DNA of 64,000 nt from a virus. Its lineage: Duplodnaviria > Caudoviricetes. Positions 49,076 through 59,732 of this stretch are shown here, in pieces. The notes under the pieces are model-generated. The model saw nothing but the letters and a program-made list of their open reading frames with translations, did no database searches and was not told the DNA's origin. The stretch is from positions 32,001 through 96,000 of IMG/VR virus record IMGVR_UViG_2799112742_000018; one strand, written 5' to 3'. The position numbers were made by a program, and so were the translations under genes. The stretch's first letter is position 1; each line of letters starts with the position of its first letter.

Positions 49076-49271
49076 TATGACACACATAGACAAGAACAGC
49101 ATAAAGTACTTCTCTGTATGCCTTACAGGACAAATTTGCACAATAATCTAAATAATAAGGAGGTGTCTGATGACATCTCTTTATTGTTTTATATTGAATA
49201 CAAAGAAAATGAAACACAAATACTTGTTGAGCAGCAATTAAACAAGTGTCTATTATTTAGAAAACAGCAAT

Positions 49272-49490
49272 ATGAAAGAGTTTTTCAAATCAATGATGGG
49301 TAGGGGAGGATACAGCTCCAAACGTTTCTGCGGTTTTATGATCGTAGGAATGCTCTGTTTTGCCTATGTGTATTGCACCATTAAGCAATGTCAGATGCTT
49401 GAGGCTACTTATGGTTTCATGGCACTTGCTGGCACCTTACTTGGCATTGAAACAATATTTACTAAGGGTAGTTCAAAGAATGGGAAATAA
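49272..49490 (+). CDS. putative holin
   Basis: 72 aa, SSKRFCG followed by two TM helices; late motif at 49250. Confidence 0.6.
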   Translation: MKEFFKSMMGRGGYSSKRFCGFMIVGMLCFAYVYCTIKQCQMLEATYGFMALAGTLLGIETIFTKGSSKNGK

Positions 49491-49971
49491 GGAACGGATA
49501 ATATGGTGGCTAATATTGGTACTATTGTTAATATCAACAATAGGAGTAATTACACGTCACCTTATGCAACCTAAAAATGTCAGCGTAACTTACGATACAA
49601 TAACCGTATATGACACAATTATTTACCCTATCCCATGTGATAGCATAATCAAAAGATACGAAACTGTCAAGCTTCCAGTAACAAATACTGAAGTGAGAAC
49701 AGATACCATATATAAAATAGACTCTGTAGAAGTCTCAGTTCCAATCTCACAAAAAACATATTCGGATAGCACTTACAAAGCTGTCATCTCAGGATTCCAT
49801 ATATCCCTTGACAGCATAATTGTAAGGAACAGGGAAATAACCAAAACAATTACTGAAACCAGATACAAGCCTACGAGATGGGGGCTTGGCATATCTGCTG
49901 GGTATGATCCCATTAACAATAGCGTGGGAATAACACTCGGTGTTCAGTACAATATATTACCACTAAAGTAA
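49480..49971 (+). CDS. DUF6808-like membrane-anchored protein, spanin-like candidate
   Basis: N-terminal TM, DTI repeats, YSDSTYKAVISG and RWGLGISAGY; ATG at 49480. Confidence 0.65.
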   Translation: MGNKERIIWWLILVLLLISTIGVITRHLMQPKNVSVTYDTITVYDTIIYPIPCDSIIKRYETVKLPVTNTEVRTDTIYKIDSVEVSVPISQKTYSDSTYKAVISGFHISLDSIIVRNREITKTITETRYKPTRWGLGISAGYDPINNSVGITLGVQYNILPLK

Positions 49972-50651
49972 TGAAGACATATACAACAAGGTCAGGACAG
50001 AACATATTCGATATTTGCTTGATACTATATGGAAGTATCGAAGGCATACTGGATCTTCTGGTATGTAACACATCTATTGACATTACTGAATATGGGCCGA
50101 GTGAACTGGAAGGCAAGCAACTTACTATGGATACTAAAATATCCAGGGGTATAATATTGAAATATCATGAAGGGATCAATATTAATACCAATGTAATTGA
50201 CAATGCTTCCCAGTCAAACACACCATTTGCAAACGGAGATCACTATATAGAAATTCCAGTTATAAATCCTGAGTCTATTATAATGATTGTGGATCAAACT
50301 GGAATTATGTCAACTTTCAGGTGTCAGCTTGTTTCTGGTACAATTTATATAGACTGGGGTGACTTTAGCGATGTCGATGTTATAGAGCCTGAAGATGACA
50401 TAACAATAGAGCATGTTTATAAGTCTTCTGGCAAGCATGAGATTAAGATATACGGTGAAGGACTTATCCATTTCCATATCCTTGATATTAGGGGGATAAA
50501 TGGTATTGCATATCCAACAAGCAGGATATATGCTGATGAGTTCTACACGAACAACAATAATCCTGACCTTCAGGGGCTTATAACCTCAGAACCTATAATT
50601 GAATGGTATATTGTAGATGAGGTTCCATTGGATACAGCTAAAATTAAATAA
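49971..50651 (+). CDS. LysM-like baseplate protein with PKD-like domain
   Basis: GQNIFDICLILYGSIEG and IDWGD...HVY. Confidence 0.65.
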   Translation: MKTYTTRSGQNIFDICLILYGSIEGILDLLVCNTSIDITEYGPSELEGKQLTMDTKISRGIILKYHEGININTNVIDNASQSNTPFANGDHYIEIPVINPESIIMIVDQTGIMSTFRCQLVSGTIYIDWGDFSDVDVIEPEDDITIEHVYKSSGKHEIKIYGEGLIHFHILDIRGINGIAYPTSRIYADEFYTNNNNPDLQGLITSEPIIEWYIVDEVPLDTAKIK

Positions 50652-50653
50652 AT

Positions 50654-51319
50654 ATGGAAATAACAAGATTTGCAACTGGAGATATTGATGTATCTGAAAG
50701 ATTGAATCTTATGATAGATACAATAGATCAGAATGAAACAGATATTGTAGCGATTAAAAAGAAGATATTCCCAATGACAGCTACGGTATCCATTTCACCA
50801 ACAGGCTATAAGGAAAAGGGATCGGGATCAGTTAATGTTACTATCTCTTGGGCTAATGCTAAGGTAGATAATCAACCAGTATCCATTACAAAAGTTACAA
50901 TTAATGGTGAGGAAGTAAACGCTGCTGCTGGAAGTGTAGTAAGAAGCGTTTCAGATACCACATCATTTGCCGTTGTTGTGTATGCTGCTGGTATGTCAGA
51001 TTCTCATAGTGTTGGTATTACTTATGTATATCCAACGTACATATTCTTCTCTGTTGAGTCTAACTATCAGAATGTTACGCTTGGTGGTACAAAGCAATTA
51101 CTTGGTAATGCTACAATGAATAATAAGAGTGTTACCAATAATGCTGCTACAGATGCTTATCTATGGATTTGCACACCTTATAATGTTTCATCGGTAAAGA
51201 CATCTGGAGGTCTTGAAATTGGTGTGGCTGGTTCTATAAGGGGTACAAGAAATAATCTCAAATACTGGAGAAGCAATGATGCTCTTGCACCTGGAACATG
51301 GATATTTAATGTAAAATAA
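50654..51319 (+). CDS. putative virion accessory protein (Ig-like)
   Basis: Beta-rich sequence; located in the fibre operon. Confidence 0.6.
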   Translation: MEITRFATGDIDVSERLNLMIDTIDQNETDIVAIKKKIFPMTATVSISPTGYKEKGSGSVNVTISWANAKVDNQPVSITKVTINGEEVNAAAGSVVRSVSDTTSFAVVVYAAGMSDSHSVGITYVYPTYIFFSVESNYQNVTLGGTKQLLGNATMNNKSVTNNAATDAYLWICTPYNVSSVKTSGGLEIGVAGSIRGTRNNLKYWRSNDALAPGTWIFNVK

Positions 51320-51320
51320 T

Positions 51321-53108
51321 ATGGCAGAACAAATAAAAGTACCTGGAGTTCTCAAGCCTGGAACTGGAACCTACCATAGTTATGCCAAAGACATAATAGA
51401 TGACCAGTTAAGGAATAAGAAGCAATCTGAACTGAATACTTTGTTTAATCAGGGTAAAGGTTTGGATGCTAATGGAAATGTCGTACCTGTTGTTGGCCCT
51501 ACAAATGCCGATAACGTTCCATATACTGATAATATTCCAGCCAGTCAGCATCCATCAGGCAGTACTGGTAGGAAAATTAAGCAGCTTGAAGATCGCATAG
51601 ATAGTCTTGTGCCAGCAGAAGAACCTACTTTAGGTGAATCCATTGACTTGGTTGACTATATGATGAGCGATAATGTTGCATTGTCATTTACTTATGATGT
51701 AAATAAGAAATATGTGTATGGTGATAAAGTTACAAGCATGTGTACTTATGCCAGAAATAATACTTCTTATGCAGCATTCAAGGTTGTAGATGTTGACTTG
51801 TATATTGTATATACGATTTCAGGCAATACGTTCACATATTATGCTCAAATGGATTCTGAAACCCTTCCTAATGAAGCTCGTAGCAAGTTTGAATTAGGAA
51901 GATATGCCTTAGTAAAGCAGCTTCAGGGCGCTACTGGTGATTCTTGGGTAGATGGAACTGCTGGCGTATTTGTTGGTACTGACGAGCGCCCTATGGCTTT
52001 CAAATATGTTGCAAGTGTTGAAATAAATAGTCAGACAATCAACAATGTACTATTGGCAAGAACATCAAACGATTCACATATCTATGTTTATCGCTTACAA
52101 TCTGGATTGTTCAAATATTACACTAAAGTAGCATCCAGCAATGCCGCTTTTGCGAATTTGAATGCACTTATTGTGGGTGTAAGTGGTGGTTCTGGTGGCA
52201 CAAATGATTATGAAGAATTAATCAATAAGCCTATTTATAAGATAGAAGGGGAAGATGGATATGTTATGAATGGGGCAAGCAGTGCCATTAAAGGATTTGC
52301 AGAAGGGGTAAGGACTAAAACCCATTTGGAGGGGGCACACGCTGAAGGCTATGAGTCTGTAGCTATGGGGCGTGGTGCCCATGCAGAAGGTGGTGTTACA
52401 AAAGCGATAGGATGGTTTTCCCACGCTGAGGGTGATAGCACAATTGCAGAAGAAAGTGGCGCTCATGCGGAAGGAGATGGTATTATCTATCAAATGGCGG
52501 TTTCACGCAATTATACTCAGGGAGATACATCTTTGTATTCAGTAACCAAAATCCACTATGGCGCAGCTATAAAACAAAGTTTTTCAGATGATGTGGTTTT
52601 TGTTACAGACTGTCAAAGTAGTGGTGATGGTGATTATTGCTTAACTTTGTCTGCTCCATTGGATAGAGATATAGAGCGACAAACAATAATTAGTCATTAT
52701 GGCGCATCACGCGGAATTGGTTCTCATACAGAGGGACGTGGAACAATAGCGTTTGCTCATGGTGCCCATGCAGAGGGTTATAGAACTTGTGCGTATGGAG
52801 AAAATTCTCATGCAGAAGGCAGTAGTTCAACGGCGCAAAGCAATAATTCTCATGCAGAAGGAGTAGATACCATAACCACCAATAATGGAGAACACGCTGA
52901 AGGAAGAATGAATCTATCTACATTAAATAGAACATTAAGTTCTGTTGGTTGTGGCGATTCACGAGTTAGAAAAAATGCCTACGAAATAGATTTTGAAGGT
53001 AATTTTTATCTTTATGGTGTCGGTGGTTATAATGGAAAAAATATAACCAGCTCTAATGTCAAATCAGTACAGGAGGTAATAGCAGATCTTCTTGCAGCAT
53101 TAACTTAA
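51321..53108 (+). CDS. tail fibre/adhesin with YadA-head-like HAEG repeats
   Basis: Many (A/S)HAEG..T.A repeats. Confidence 0.8.
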   Translation: MAEQIKVPGVLKPGTGTYHSYAKDIIDDQLRNKKQSELNTLFNQGKGLDANGNVVPVVGPTNADNVPYTDNIPASQHPSGSTGRKIKQLEDRIDSLVPAEEPTLGESIDLVDYMMSDNVALSFTYDVNKKYVYGDKVTSMCTYARNNTSYAAFKVVDVDLYIVYTISGNTFTYYAQMDSETLPNEARSKFELGRYALVKQLQGATGDSWVDGTAGVFVGTDERPMAFKYVASVEINSQTINNVLLARTSNDSHIYVYRLQSGLFKYYTKVASSNAAFANLNALIVGVSGGSGGTNDYEELINKPIYKIEGEDGYVMNGASSAIKGFAEGVRTKTHLEGAHAEGYESVAMGRGAHAEGGVTKAIGWFSHAEGDSTIAEESGAHAEGDGIIYQMAVSRNYTQGDTSLYSVTKIHYGAAIKQSFSDDVVFVTDCQSSGDGDYCLTLSAPLDRDIERQTIISHYGASRGIGSHTEGRGTIAFAHGAHAEGYRTCAYGENSHAEGSSSTAQSNNSHAEGVDTITTNNGEHAEGRMNLSTLNRTLSSVGCGDSRVRKNAYEIDFEGNFYLYGVGGYNGKNITSSNVKSVQEVIADLLAALT

Positions 53109-53118
53109 TTAAAATAAT

Positions 53119-56025
53119 ATGGCAGAACAAATCAAAGTGCCAGGAGTATTAAAGCCTGGAACTGGCAACTATCATAGTATAGCCAAGGATATAATAGATG
53201 ATGAACTAAACAACAAGTCTCAGGCAGAATTGAATGCTTTGTTCAATCAAGGCAAAGGCATTGACGAACATGGCAATCCAATAGATATTGGAGGAAGAAG
53301 CTATTCTGCTGGTACAGGCTTGAAACTTGTCGGTAGTGTATTCTCCCTTAGTGATGATGCTATATCCAAGCTTAATAGTGTTGCAGTGGGAGTTAAGGCA
53401 GAGAATAATAGGGGTGTCTGGAAAGCACAGATAGCAACCATTCCAGTTACTCTTGATGTCTATACCAATTCAACGGCAACCACAAGGCCTGTTGTTGGGC
53501 AGCATTATTCAACTTTGTATGTCAAGATAAAAGCATCAGAGATAGTTTCTACGTATGAATGGAATATAGAGGACAGCAATGCTAAGATAACGATAGTAAA
53601 CGATGAGATACTATCTCAAAAGCTTCTTGATGTATTGCTTTATGAATCTTTCCATTCAGACGATATTTTCTATGAGGATGGTATATATGAGGTTGTTTCT
53701 GATACCTCAGTAGAGTTTACCTCTTCAATGAAGACTGCGTTCTACATCAATGGTGCGGCAAACACAACAGGAGGCGATATACCAAATACTGAATATGAGC
53801 CATACATGAACACAAATCTTCAGTACACAACTGTTTACCATAAGGGTACAAAATGGTTGTGTAATGCAGACGTTAATGAGGCTGTGACCACAGAGGAGCC
53901 AAACTTCAGTTCTACAAAGTGGCTTGCACTTCAGGAGGCCGTTACTGGTAAGGGTATTTCTCATATTATTGTCGAGCAAGCACTCTCCACTTCAGCCTCA
54001 TCAGTTAGCGGTTCATGGTCTCAGACACCTAAGTCGGTAACTTCACAGAAGAGATACCTTTGGGAAAGAACAACTATTGTCTTTACCGATGGAACTGAAT
54101 ACCGAATTGGCGCACATGTAGTCGGTGTATATGGCGATAAGGGTGATGATGGCACGAGTGTAACTATCAAGGGAACACTTGATGATGCTGGGGATCTTCC
54201 ATCTTCAGGCAATACGGTTGGCGATGGATATGTTATTGATGGTGATCTCTATGTGTGGACAACGGCAGACACATGGGTAAATGTCGGTAGAATTAAGGGT
54301 GACGATGGTAATGATGCTACCCAATATTATATTCATACCGCCTACGCTGATAGCAATGTATATCAGGATGAAAGCCACTGGACTACTGGTGTACCAAGTA
54401 GGGATTATGCCTACATAGGTATTTGTATCAATACATCACCAACAGATCCTTCTGGTCAGTCTGGTTTTGCCCAATACACATGGCAACTTGCTTGCGGTAT
54501 TATCTATACAATCGTATTGGGTAACAATATAGTTCCTGATGGTTCAGTATATGTACCAATGAAGTTTTTGAAGACAATCGGCAGTACCCAGAAATATCTT
54601 ACCTACAATGAAACCGTAGCAGAAGGAATTACTTTCAAGGGTGCTGATGATTTGGCAGATAATAACGTTCAGTGGTACGCAGACACATCTTTCCAGAGAT
54701 TGTATCGTTCTTCAGGCTTTACTTATGGTGCTAAATACACTGTGGTGGCATATAAGGACAATAAGGAAATCACAAGAACAACATTGGGTGTTACAAAGAA
54801 GGGTGATCCAGGCTCACCAGGCGCAGATGGAGCTGTCGGCCCAAGAGGTGCTATTCTTAGAGGCCCAACGGTATGGAAAGATGGAGTTGTATATCAAGGA
54901 GGTAATACTGGAGATGACTATCAAGACATGGTATATGTTGAGAGTGTCAATAAGATGTATCTCTGTAAATTTACCCACACGTCAAATAACAGCAATGAGC
55001 CTACCCAGCACAATGCTCAAGCGGCATGGAGTGCTTCACAACCCTGGTATGAAACAGATTTACAGGAATTTGTTGCTACTAAGGTTGTCTTCGCCGAAAG
55101 AGGCATGATAAAAGATGTAGATCTTGTTAATGCCACAATTAGAGGAACAATTACTGATGTATGTGAAGAAATGACCTCACGAGTCCATCTTGTCGGTAGT
55201 GTTGAAAATCAACTTGCATCTATCAACGTAAACACAAACGAAACACCAGACGATGAGTGTGGTCAGATAGAATTACCAAGTGGAGCTGTTCTTACTCGTT
55301 GGTCTTCTGAAGGTGGGCGTATAATACAATTGCCAACCTATAACGGATATAGCGAGTCTGGCATTTCATTTAAGGCTTATCCTTATCAGACTGCTGGAAC
55401 AAGACTATCCATATTCACAACACCAGTACCAGGATACTCAAATTGGGCTGGAGTTAGTGACTTCCCAGAAAATCAGTTAGCGGATTTGCTAAGATGTGCC
55501 GTAATGGTTAGTGCAGATCCTAAGTCATTGATTGGAGAAGCTTATGTGGATGCTAACAATAAGGTGATAAGACCAAAACACATGTGGGGTGGCGCTTCTA
55601 TATTCTCAAATGATTGGAAGCATGGAAGATTCTTGTACAAAGGCAGAACAGCAAGATTTGTAATGTTATTCCCAGGACAACATCTTGATTTGATTTCTCA
55701 AGTACAAATGATAAACGATGAGCCATGTCTTGTATGGAATATCAATAATGCTTCTGATTTTGATCCAGTAAGTATTAACATGAGAGTGGAAGATGTTCCA
55801 TTTAGTGCTTTCTCTGGCATAGAGGGTGGATATAGGAAAAATACTTCTGTATATGGTGAGTCTGGAGCTGATGGAAGCGATGCTCTTATTGCTAATCTTA
55901 TGCAATATAACTATCCAGAAGATAATCCAGTCGAGATTACCATGAGCCTTGCTGGAGTTTACACATACAATGGCGTTAATGAAACAACATTATTCCCTTC
56001 ATGGATGGTGGAAGACGTATTGTAA
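53119..56025 (+). CDS. large tail fibre or host-specificity protein with short collagen-like segments
   Basis: GDKGDDG and GDPGSPGADGAVGPRG; YLWERTTIVFTDG; N-terminus shared with the previous gene. Confidence 0.75.
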   Translation: MAEQIKVPGVLKPGTGNYHSIAKDIIDDELNNKSQAELNALFNQGKGIDEHGNPIDIGGRSYSAGTGLKLVGSVFSLSDDAISKLNSVAVGVKAENNRGVWKAQIATIPVTLDVYTNSTATTRPVVGQHYSTLYVKIKASEIVSTYEWNIEDSNAKITIVNDEILSQKLLDVLLYESFHSDDIFYEDGIYEVVSDTSVEFTSSMKTAFYINGAANTTGGDIPNTEYEPYMNTNLQYTTVYHKGTKWLCNADVNEAVTTEEPNFSSTKWLALQEAVTGKGISHIIVEQALSTSASSVSGSWSQTPKSVTSQKRYLWERTTIVFTDGTEYRIGAHVVGVYGDKGDDGTSVTIKGTLDDAGDLPSSGNTVGDGYVIDGDLYVWTTADTWVNVGRIKGDDGNDATQYYIHTAYADSNVYQDESHWTTGVPSRDYAYIGICINTSPTDPSGQSGFAQYTWQLACGIIYTIVLGNNIVPDGSVYVPMKFLKTIGSTQKYLTYNETVAEGITFKGADDLADNNVQWYADTSFQRLYRSSGFTYGAKYTVVAYKDNKEITRTTLGVTKKGDPGSPGADGAVGPRGAILRGPTVWKDGVVYQGGNTGDDYQDMVYVESVNKMYLCKFTHTSNNSNEPTQHNAQAAWSASQPWYETDLQEFVATKVVFAERGMIKDVDLVNATIRGTITDVCEEMTSRVHLVGSVENQLASINVNTNETPDDECGQIELPSGAVLTRWSSEGGRIIQLPTYNGYSESGISFKAYPYQTAGTRLSIFTTPVPGYSNWAGVSDFPENQLADLLRCAVMVSADPKSLIGEAYVDANNKVIRPKHMWGGASIFSNDWKHGRFLYKGRTARFVMLFPGQHLDLISQVQMINDEPCLVWNINNASDFDPVSINMRVEDVPFSAFSGIEGGYRKNTSVYGESGADGSDALIANLMQYNYPEDNPVEITMSLAGVYTYNGVNETTLFPSWMVEDVL

Positions 56026-56122
56026 TTAAAATCAAGCCCATAAGTTAATTCTTGTGGGTTTGATTTCTTCTTATGTATGTTACCATAAAGTCTAAACATC
56101 AGTCTATTATTAATAAAAAGAA

Positions 56123-57064
56123 ATGAGTAGAACATTATCTCAGATATATACACAGGCAACCACAGTAAGGAACAATTATTTGCAACTTACAAGCCTCAAC
56201 CCATCGGTTTTGAGTAGTAGCAAAATGTCACTTCTCAACGCACTTACCTATATAGTTTCAGCATTGATATATTCATACGAAACCATACTGGATGCGTTTG
56301 AGGTAAATTTGCTTGGTATCACGTCTCAGAGAATGCCTGGAACGGATGCTTACTATCTTAGAATGTCAAAGCTATTCCAGTATAATGAGATTACTGGTCT
56401 TGGTGATACTATGGTATTGGATGAAGAGACTTTGAACATGAAATATGAAACTGAGGATGCAGACCATAGAATAATAACACATGTAGCCTATCAGTATGAT
56501 AATGATTCAAAATATGATTTGATTCTCAAGGTTTGTAAGGATGGTGAGGAAGGTGAAGAAGGTTCATGTAAGCCGCTTTCAAACCATGAACTAACAGCAT
56601 TTAAGAAATATATTGATACCATTAAGTTCATTGGTACTGAAATTCAGTGTATTTCATGTCCTGGAGATATTCTTTATGTAAACACTATCGTCTATTATGA
56701 TGATACATATATAACAGCAGACCAGGCTTCAGAGGATGTAAGAAAAGCTCTTATTGATTATATCAATAATCTTGATTACAATTCATACGTTTATTTCCAG
56801 TCTGTTATAGATGCTATTCAGGCTGTCTCTCATATTAAATTTGTTGATGGATCTTCTACACTTCATATTAGAAAATACAATTCTAATACAAGGGAATATG
56901 GAGATCAAATACAAATTAGCGATATTTCCCAGCTTTATGCTGGATATGCCACATTTATTGATGAGAATGGTATTTCCACATTGATAATGGAAAATTGCGC
57001 TAACAAAGTAGAGGCTTTGGCTTCAACAGCAAACATTAAATTCGTACCTCAGTCAAGTCTATAA
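56123..57064 (+). CDS. baseplate wedge protein (J-like)
   Basis: MSRTLSQIY, PGTDAYY...FQY, FKKYIDTIKFIGT and VIDAIQAV. Confidence 0.75.
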   Translation: MSRTLSQIYTQATTVRNNYLQLTSLNPSVLSSSKMSLLNALTYIVSALIYSYETILDAFEVNLLGITSQRMPGTDAYYLRMSKLFQYNEITGLGDTMVLDEETLNMKYETEDADHRIITHVAYQYDNDSKYDLILKVCKDGEEGEEGSCKPLSNHELTAFKKYIDTIKFIGTEIQCISCPGDILYVNTIVYYDDTYITADQASEDVRKALIDYINNLDYNSYVYFQSVIDAIQAVSHIKFVDGSSTLHIRKYNSNTREYGDQIQISDISQLYAGYATFIDENGISTLIMENCANKVEALASTANIKFVPQSSL

Positions 57065-57065
57065 T

Positions 57066-57608
57066 ATGAACTTTGTATCACAATATAACATATCCATCAA
57101 CAAAGTGCTTGGAAGACTTATTCCATACTTTTTCAGAGGACGTAAATTGTACGCCTTAATGGTGAGCTTATTGTCTTCTCTGGAAAGTACCCATGATGGC
57201 TTTCTTAAATGGGCGCAAAAGGTAACTATAATATCTAAGCTACCATTTATCAAGGAACCTATGGAATATATGCTGAAGGATAATCTCGGTTCATATTTTG
57301 CCAATCCTGAAGATAATTTCTGCTTTGATAAATATGCCCATAAAAGATATGGAAGCTATGTTTATCCGATAACAGATGAAACACACCAGGCTGATGCACC
57401 AATTATATATCCATTCAATGAAGATGATGGTACGGCAGTTATATATGCAAGAAAAGATGTAACTGGATCAACAGCCAACAGATTTAATCTTTCAGCACCA
57501 AACATCGCAGATAATAGTAAGAAGGAAGAGTACACAACCACTATAAGATTGTTACTTTCTCAGTTTACAATAATAAAAAAATATGACATTATAATTCAAG
57601 ATTTTTAA
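57066..57608 (+). CDS. baseplate wedge protein (I-like)
   Basis: LIPYFFRG motif; position after the J-like gene. Confidence 0.55.
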   Translation: MNFVSQYNISINKVLGRLIPYFFRGRKLYALMVSLLSSLESTHDGFLKWAQKVTIISKLPFIKEPMEYMLKDNLGSYFANPEDNFCFDKYAHKRYGSYVYPITDETHQADAPIIYPFNEDDGTAVIYARKDVTGSTANRFNLSAPNIADNSKKEEYTTTIRLLLSQFTIIKKYDIIIQDF

Positions 57609-57609
57609 T

Positions 57610-59142
57610 ATGAAAGAATTAAACATGCCGAGTGGTGGAAGACCAGTCTATACTGAGGACTTCCAGACACTTCAGAATGAAATATCCGTTTTTGAAAAAA
57701 TAACAGAGCAGAATTGTAGGAATTGTGTTCTGTCAGGTTGTGTTTATACAGAAACCCCAAATCCTGATGGGGAAACGTATAATGCTAACCTTACCGAAGG
57801 CTATGCCATCATTAATGGAAAGATTTGTCATGTAGCTGCATGGCACAATGCGGCTTTCCATCATATTCAGCTTCCATTGTATATTGAGCTTGTACAATCC
57901 GATAGCGTGGAAAGAACACAGCTTGTCAATGGAGAAACCGCCCCTATGACAATCAACTATGAAGGAGAGGTTCGTACTGCTGGAAACACAATGGTAGGCC
58001 CTGCAATCTCCATGAACAGAAAGAAATCGTCATCTTCTGAAGAAAATGATAGATTTACATATTTTCATGACTTATATGAGGGTTTTGTAAGAAAAGCAGA
58101 GGTTGAGGATGTCAATAAGAGAGCCTATATAATTGATTTAGCTGATTATATAGGTGTTGATAAGGTGTTACCTACCACAAATGCTGCCTTTGTATATCAG
58201 AGCCATATTGTTCAGCCTCGTACTTTCACTATTTTTAACGCCAATGGTGAAAATTATAATAACTTGGCAAATGGCACATACTTTGCATTTTGTATTCGTC
58301 AGTTTTTCTCCCTTAATGTTACTGGCTTAGGTCATGATTATCTCCTTTATGACTGGTCACTTAGATTTGTGGGTAAATATAACGATACAAATGCACCAGA
58401 ATTTATTCGTGATCTTTATGGGGAAACTATTGCCACCACCACCAAGGATGGTCGTATGTCTAAAGAGCAAGTTAAATCCCTTAATAATAAGGCCGACAAG
58501 ACGTATGTTGATCGAGAATTAGAAAATAAAATGCCGAGCAATGGTACATATACCAGACAGGAAATAGATGATGCCTTAGCCCAGAAGTTGAATTATAGTA
58601 CTTGGCAAGACAATATGGATATTCTCTGGGGTGAGATAAAAATGTGGGCTGGAGTAACACCGCCACCTAAATATCGCCTTTGTAATGGAGATAATCTTCC
58701 TATTCCAGGCAATAATCCTTCAGATCAGTATTATGATCTCTATCAGGCTATTAAAGAGACCTTTAATGTAGTTGGAGCCAATGGTACGCCAGCTGGTTAT
58801 TTTGCTCTTCCAGATTTGAGAGGTCGTTTCATTGTTGGTATGGGCAAAGGTACAGGTGATAAGGAGTTTACATTCAAAAGTACTGGTGGTGCTTCAGAAG
58901 TAGCTCTCACAGTTGATCAAATGCCAACACATAGACATACTGTTCCTTCAGATGATTGGGATAATGGAGGTGCCCCACCATATTCACAGTATGGTATTGA
59001 AAATTATAGAGAATTAAGTTATGGTCCTGGAGAAAGTGGAGATGGTGGTGTATGTGATTCTGGTCCTGCTGGCGGCGGCGGCGCTCATAATAACCTTCCA
59101 CCATACTATACGCTCGCATATATAATAAGAGTAGCAAAATAA
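57610..59142 (+). CDS. tail fibre protein with tail collar domain
   Basis: GEIKMWAG...LCNG, FALPDLRGRFIVG, LTVDQMPTHRH and HNNLPPYYTLAYII. Confidence 0.88.
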   Translation: MKELNMPSGGRPVYTEDFQTLQNEISVFEKITEQNCRNCVLSGCVYTETPNPDGETYNANLTEGYAIINGKICHVAAWHNAAFHHIQLPLYIELVQSDSVERTQLVNGETAPMTINYEGEVRTAGNTMVGPAISMNRKKSSSSEENDRFTYFHDLYEGFVRKAEVEDVNKRAYIIDLADYIGVDKVLPTTNAAFVYQSHIVQPRTFTIFNANGENYNNLANGTYFAFCIRQFFSLNVTGLGHDYLLYDWSLRFVGKYNDTNAPEFIRDLYGETIATTTKDGRMSKEQVKSLNNKADKTYVDRELENKMPSNGTYTRQEIDDALAQKLNYSTWQDNMDILWGEIKMWAGVTPPPKYRLCNGDNLPIPGNNPSDQYYDLYQAIKETFNVVGANGTPAGYFALPDLRGRFIVGMGKGTGDKEFTFKSTGGASEVALTVDQMPTHRHTVPSDDWDNGGAPPYSQYGIENYRELSYGPGESGDGGVCDSGPAGGGGAHNNLPPYYTLAYIIRVAK

Positions 59143-59154
59143 AAATAAATTATT

Positions 59155-59373
59155 ATGAAAATTATACCAGTTGGAAACGACTACGCACTTGCAGCAAGGT
59201 TGCGTTCAGTCAAAGTAGAAAAGAGCGATGAAGTCACTAATACAGCAAACCAGTCTGAAGAGACAGGTAAGGAAGGCAATAAGGGAGAGGAGGCTTCAGT
59301 TCAATCAACAGAAGGCAAGAAGAAAGCCAGAAGATTCAAGAAAGAAGCAACCTCAGAAGAGGGAGAAGAGTGA
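59155..59373 (+). CDS. small charged hypothetical protein
   Basis: A-rich start context; E/K-rich. Confidence 0.6.
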   Translation: MKIIPVGNDYALAARLRSVKVEKSDEVTNTANQSEETGKEGNKGEEASVQSTEGKKKARRFKKEATSEEGEE

Positions 59374-59683
59374 TTTCTCCCAAACCCCATTAGGTCATTT
59401 TCTTATCCATGAATGCCCAGCAGAGTGGAAAATCCTTCAGGATGCTAAAAGAAACCTTGCGATAAGAAAATATGATCCCGACATCATCCGTAGCATGGCG
59501 TTGAAATCCGACAATCCAATGTTCAGGACTAAGGAGTTTCACGATGCTTTAAGGGACTGGGAACTATATGGGGCAAGAACACCAAACAAGGTAAAATTTG
59601 ATTTGGATGCTGAGATAGCTTTTATCCGTAAGACACAAAGTGTTAATGATGAAGAGGTTGAGGTGGAACTGTTATTGTTCTAA
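59228..59683 (+). CDS. hypothetical protein overlapping the previous ORF
   Basis: 151-aa ORF whose 3' half looks globular; 146-nt overlap. Confidence 0.6.
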   Translation: MKSLIQQTSLKRQVRKAIRERRLQFNQQKARRKPEDSRKKQPQKREKSDFSQTPLGHFLIHECPAEWKILQDAKRNLAIRKYDPDIIRSMALKSDNPMFRTKEFHDALRDWELYGARTPNKVKFDLDAEIAFIRKTQSVNDEEVEVELLLF

Positions 59684-59732
59684 CCTCAGCCTTTTGTCTA
59701 TTATTCATAAAACAACATAACAATAAACAACT

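Noticed and set aside
45703-59142. Diversity-generating retroelement or shufflon acting on fibre genes
   Set aside because: No reverse transcriptase, no adenine-variable TR/VR pair and no inverted cassettes seen in this window
20297-59142. Extracellular contractile injection system instead of a phage
   Set aside because: Portal, MuF, protease and capsid genes are present
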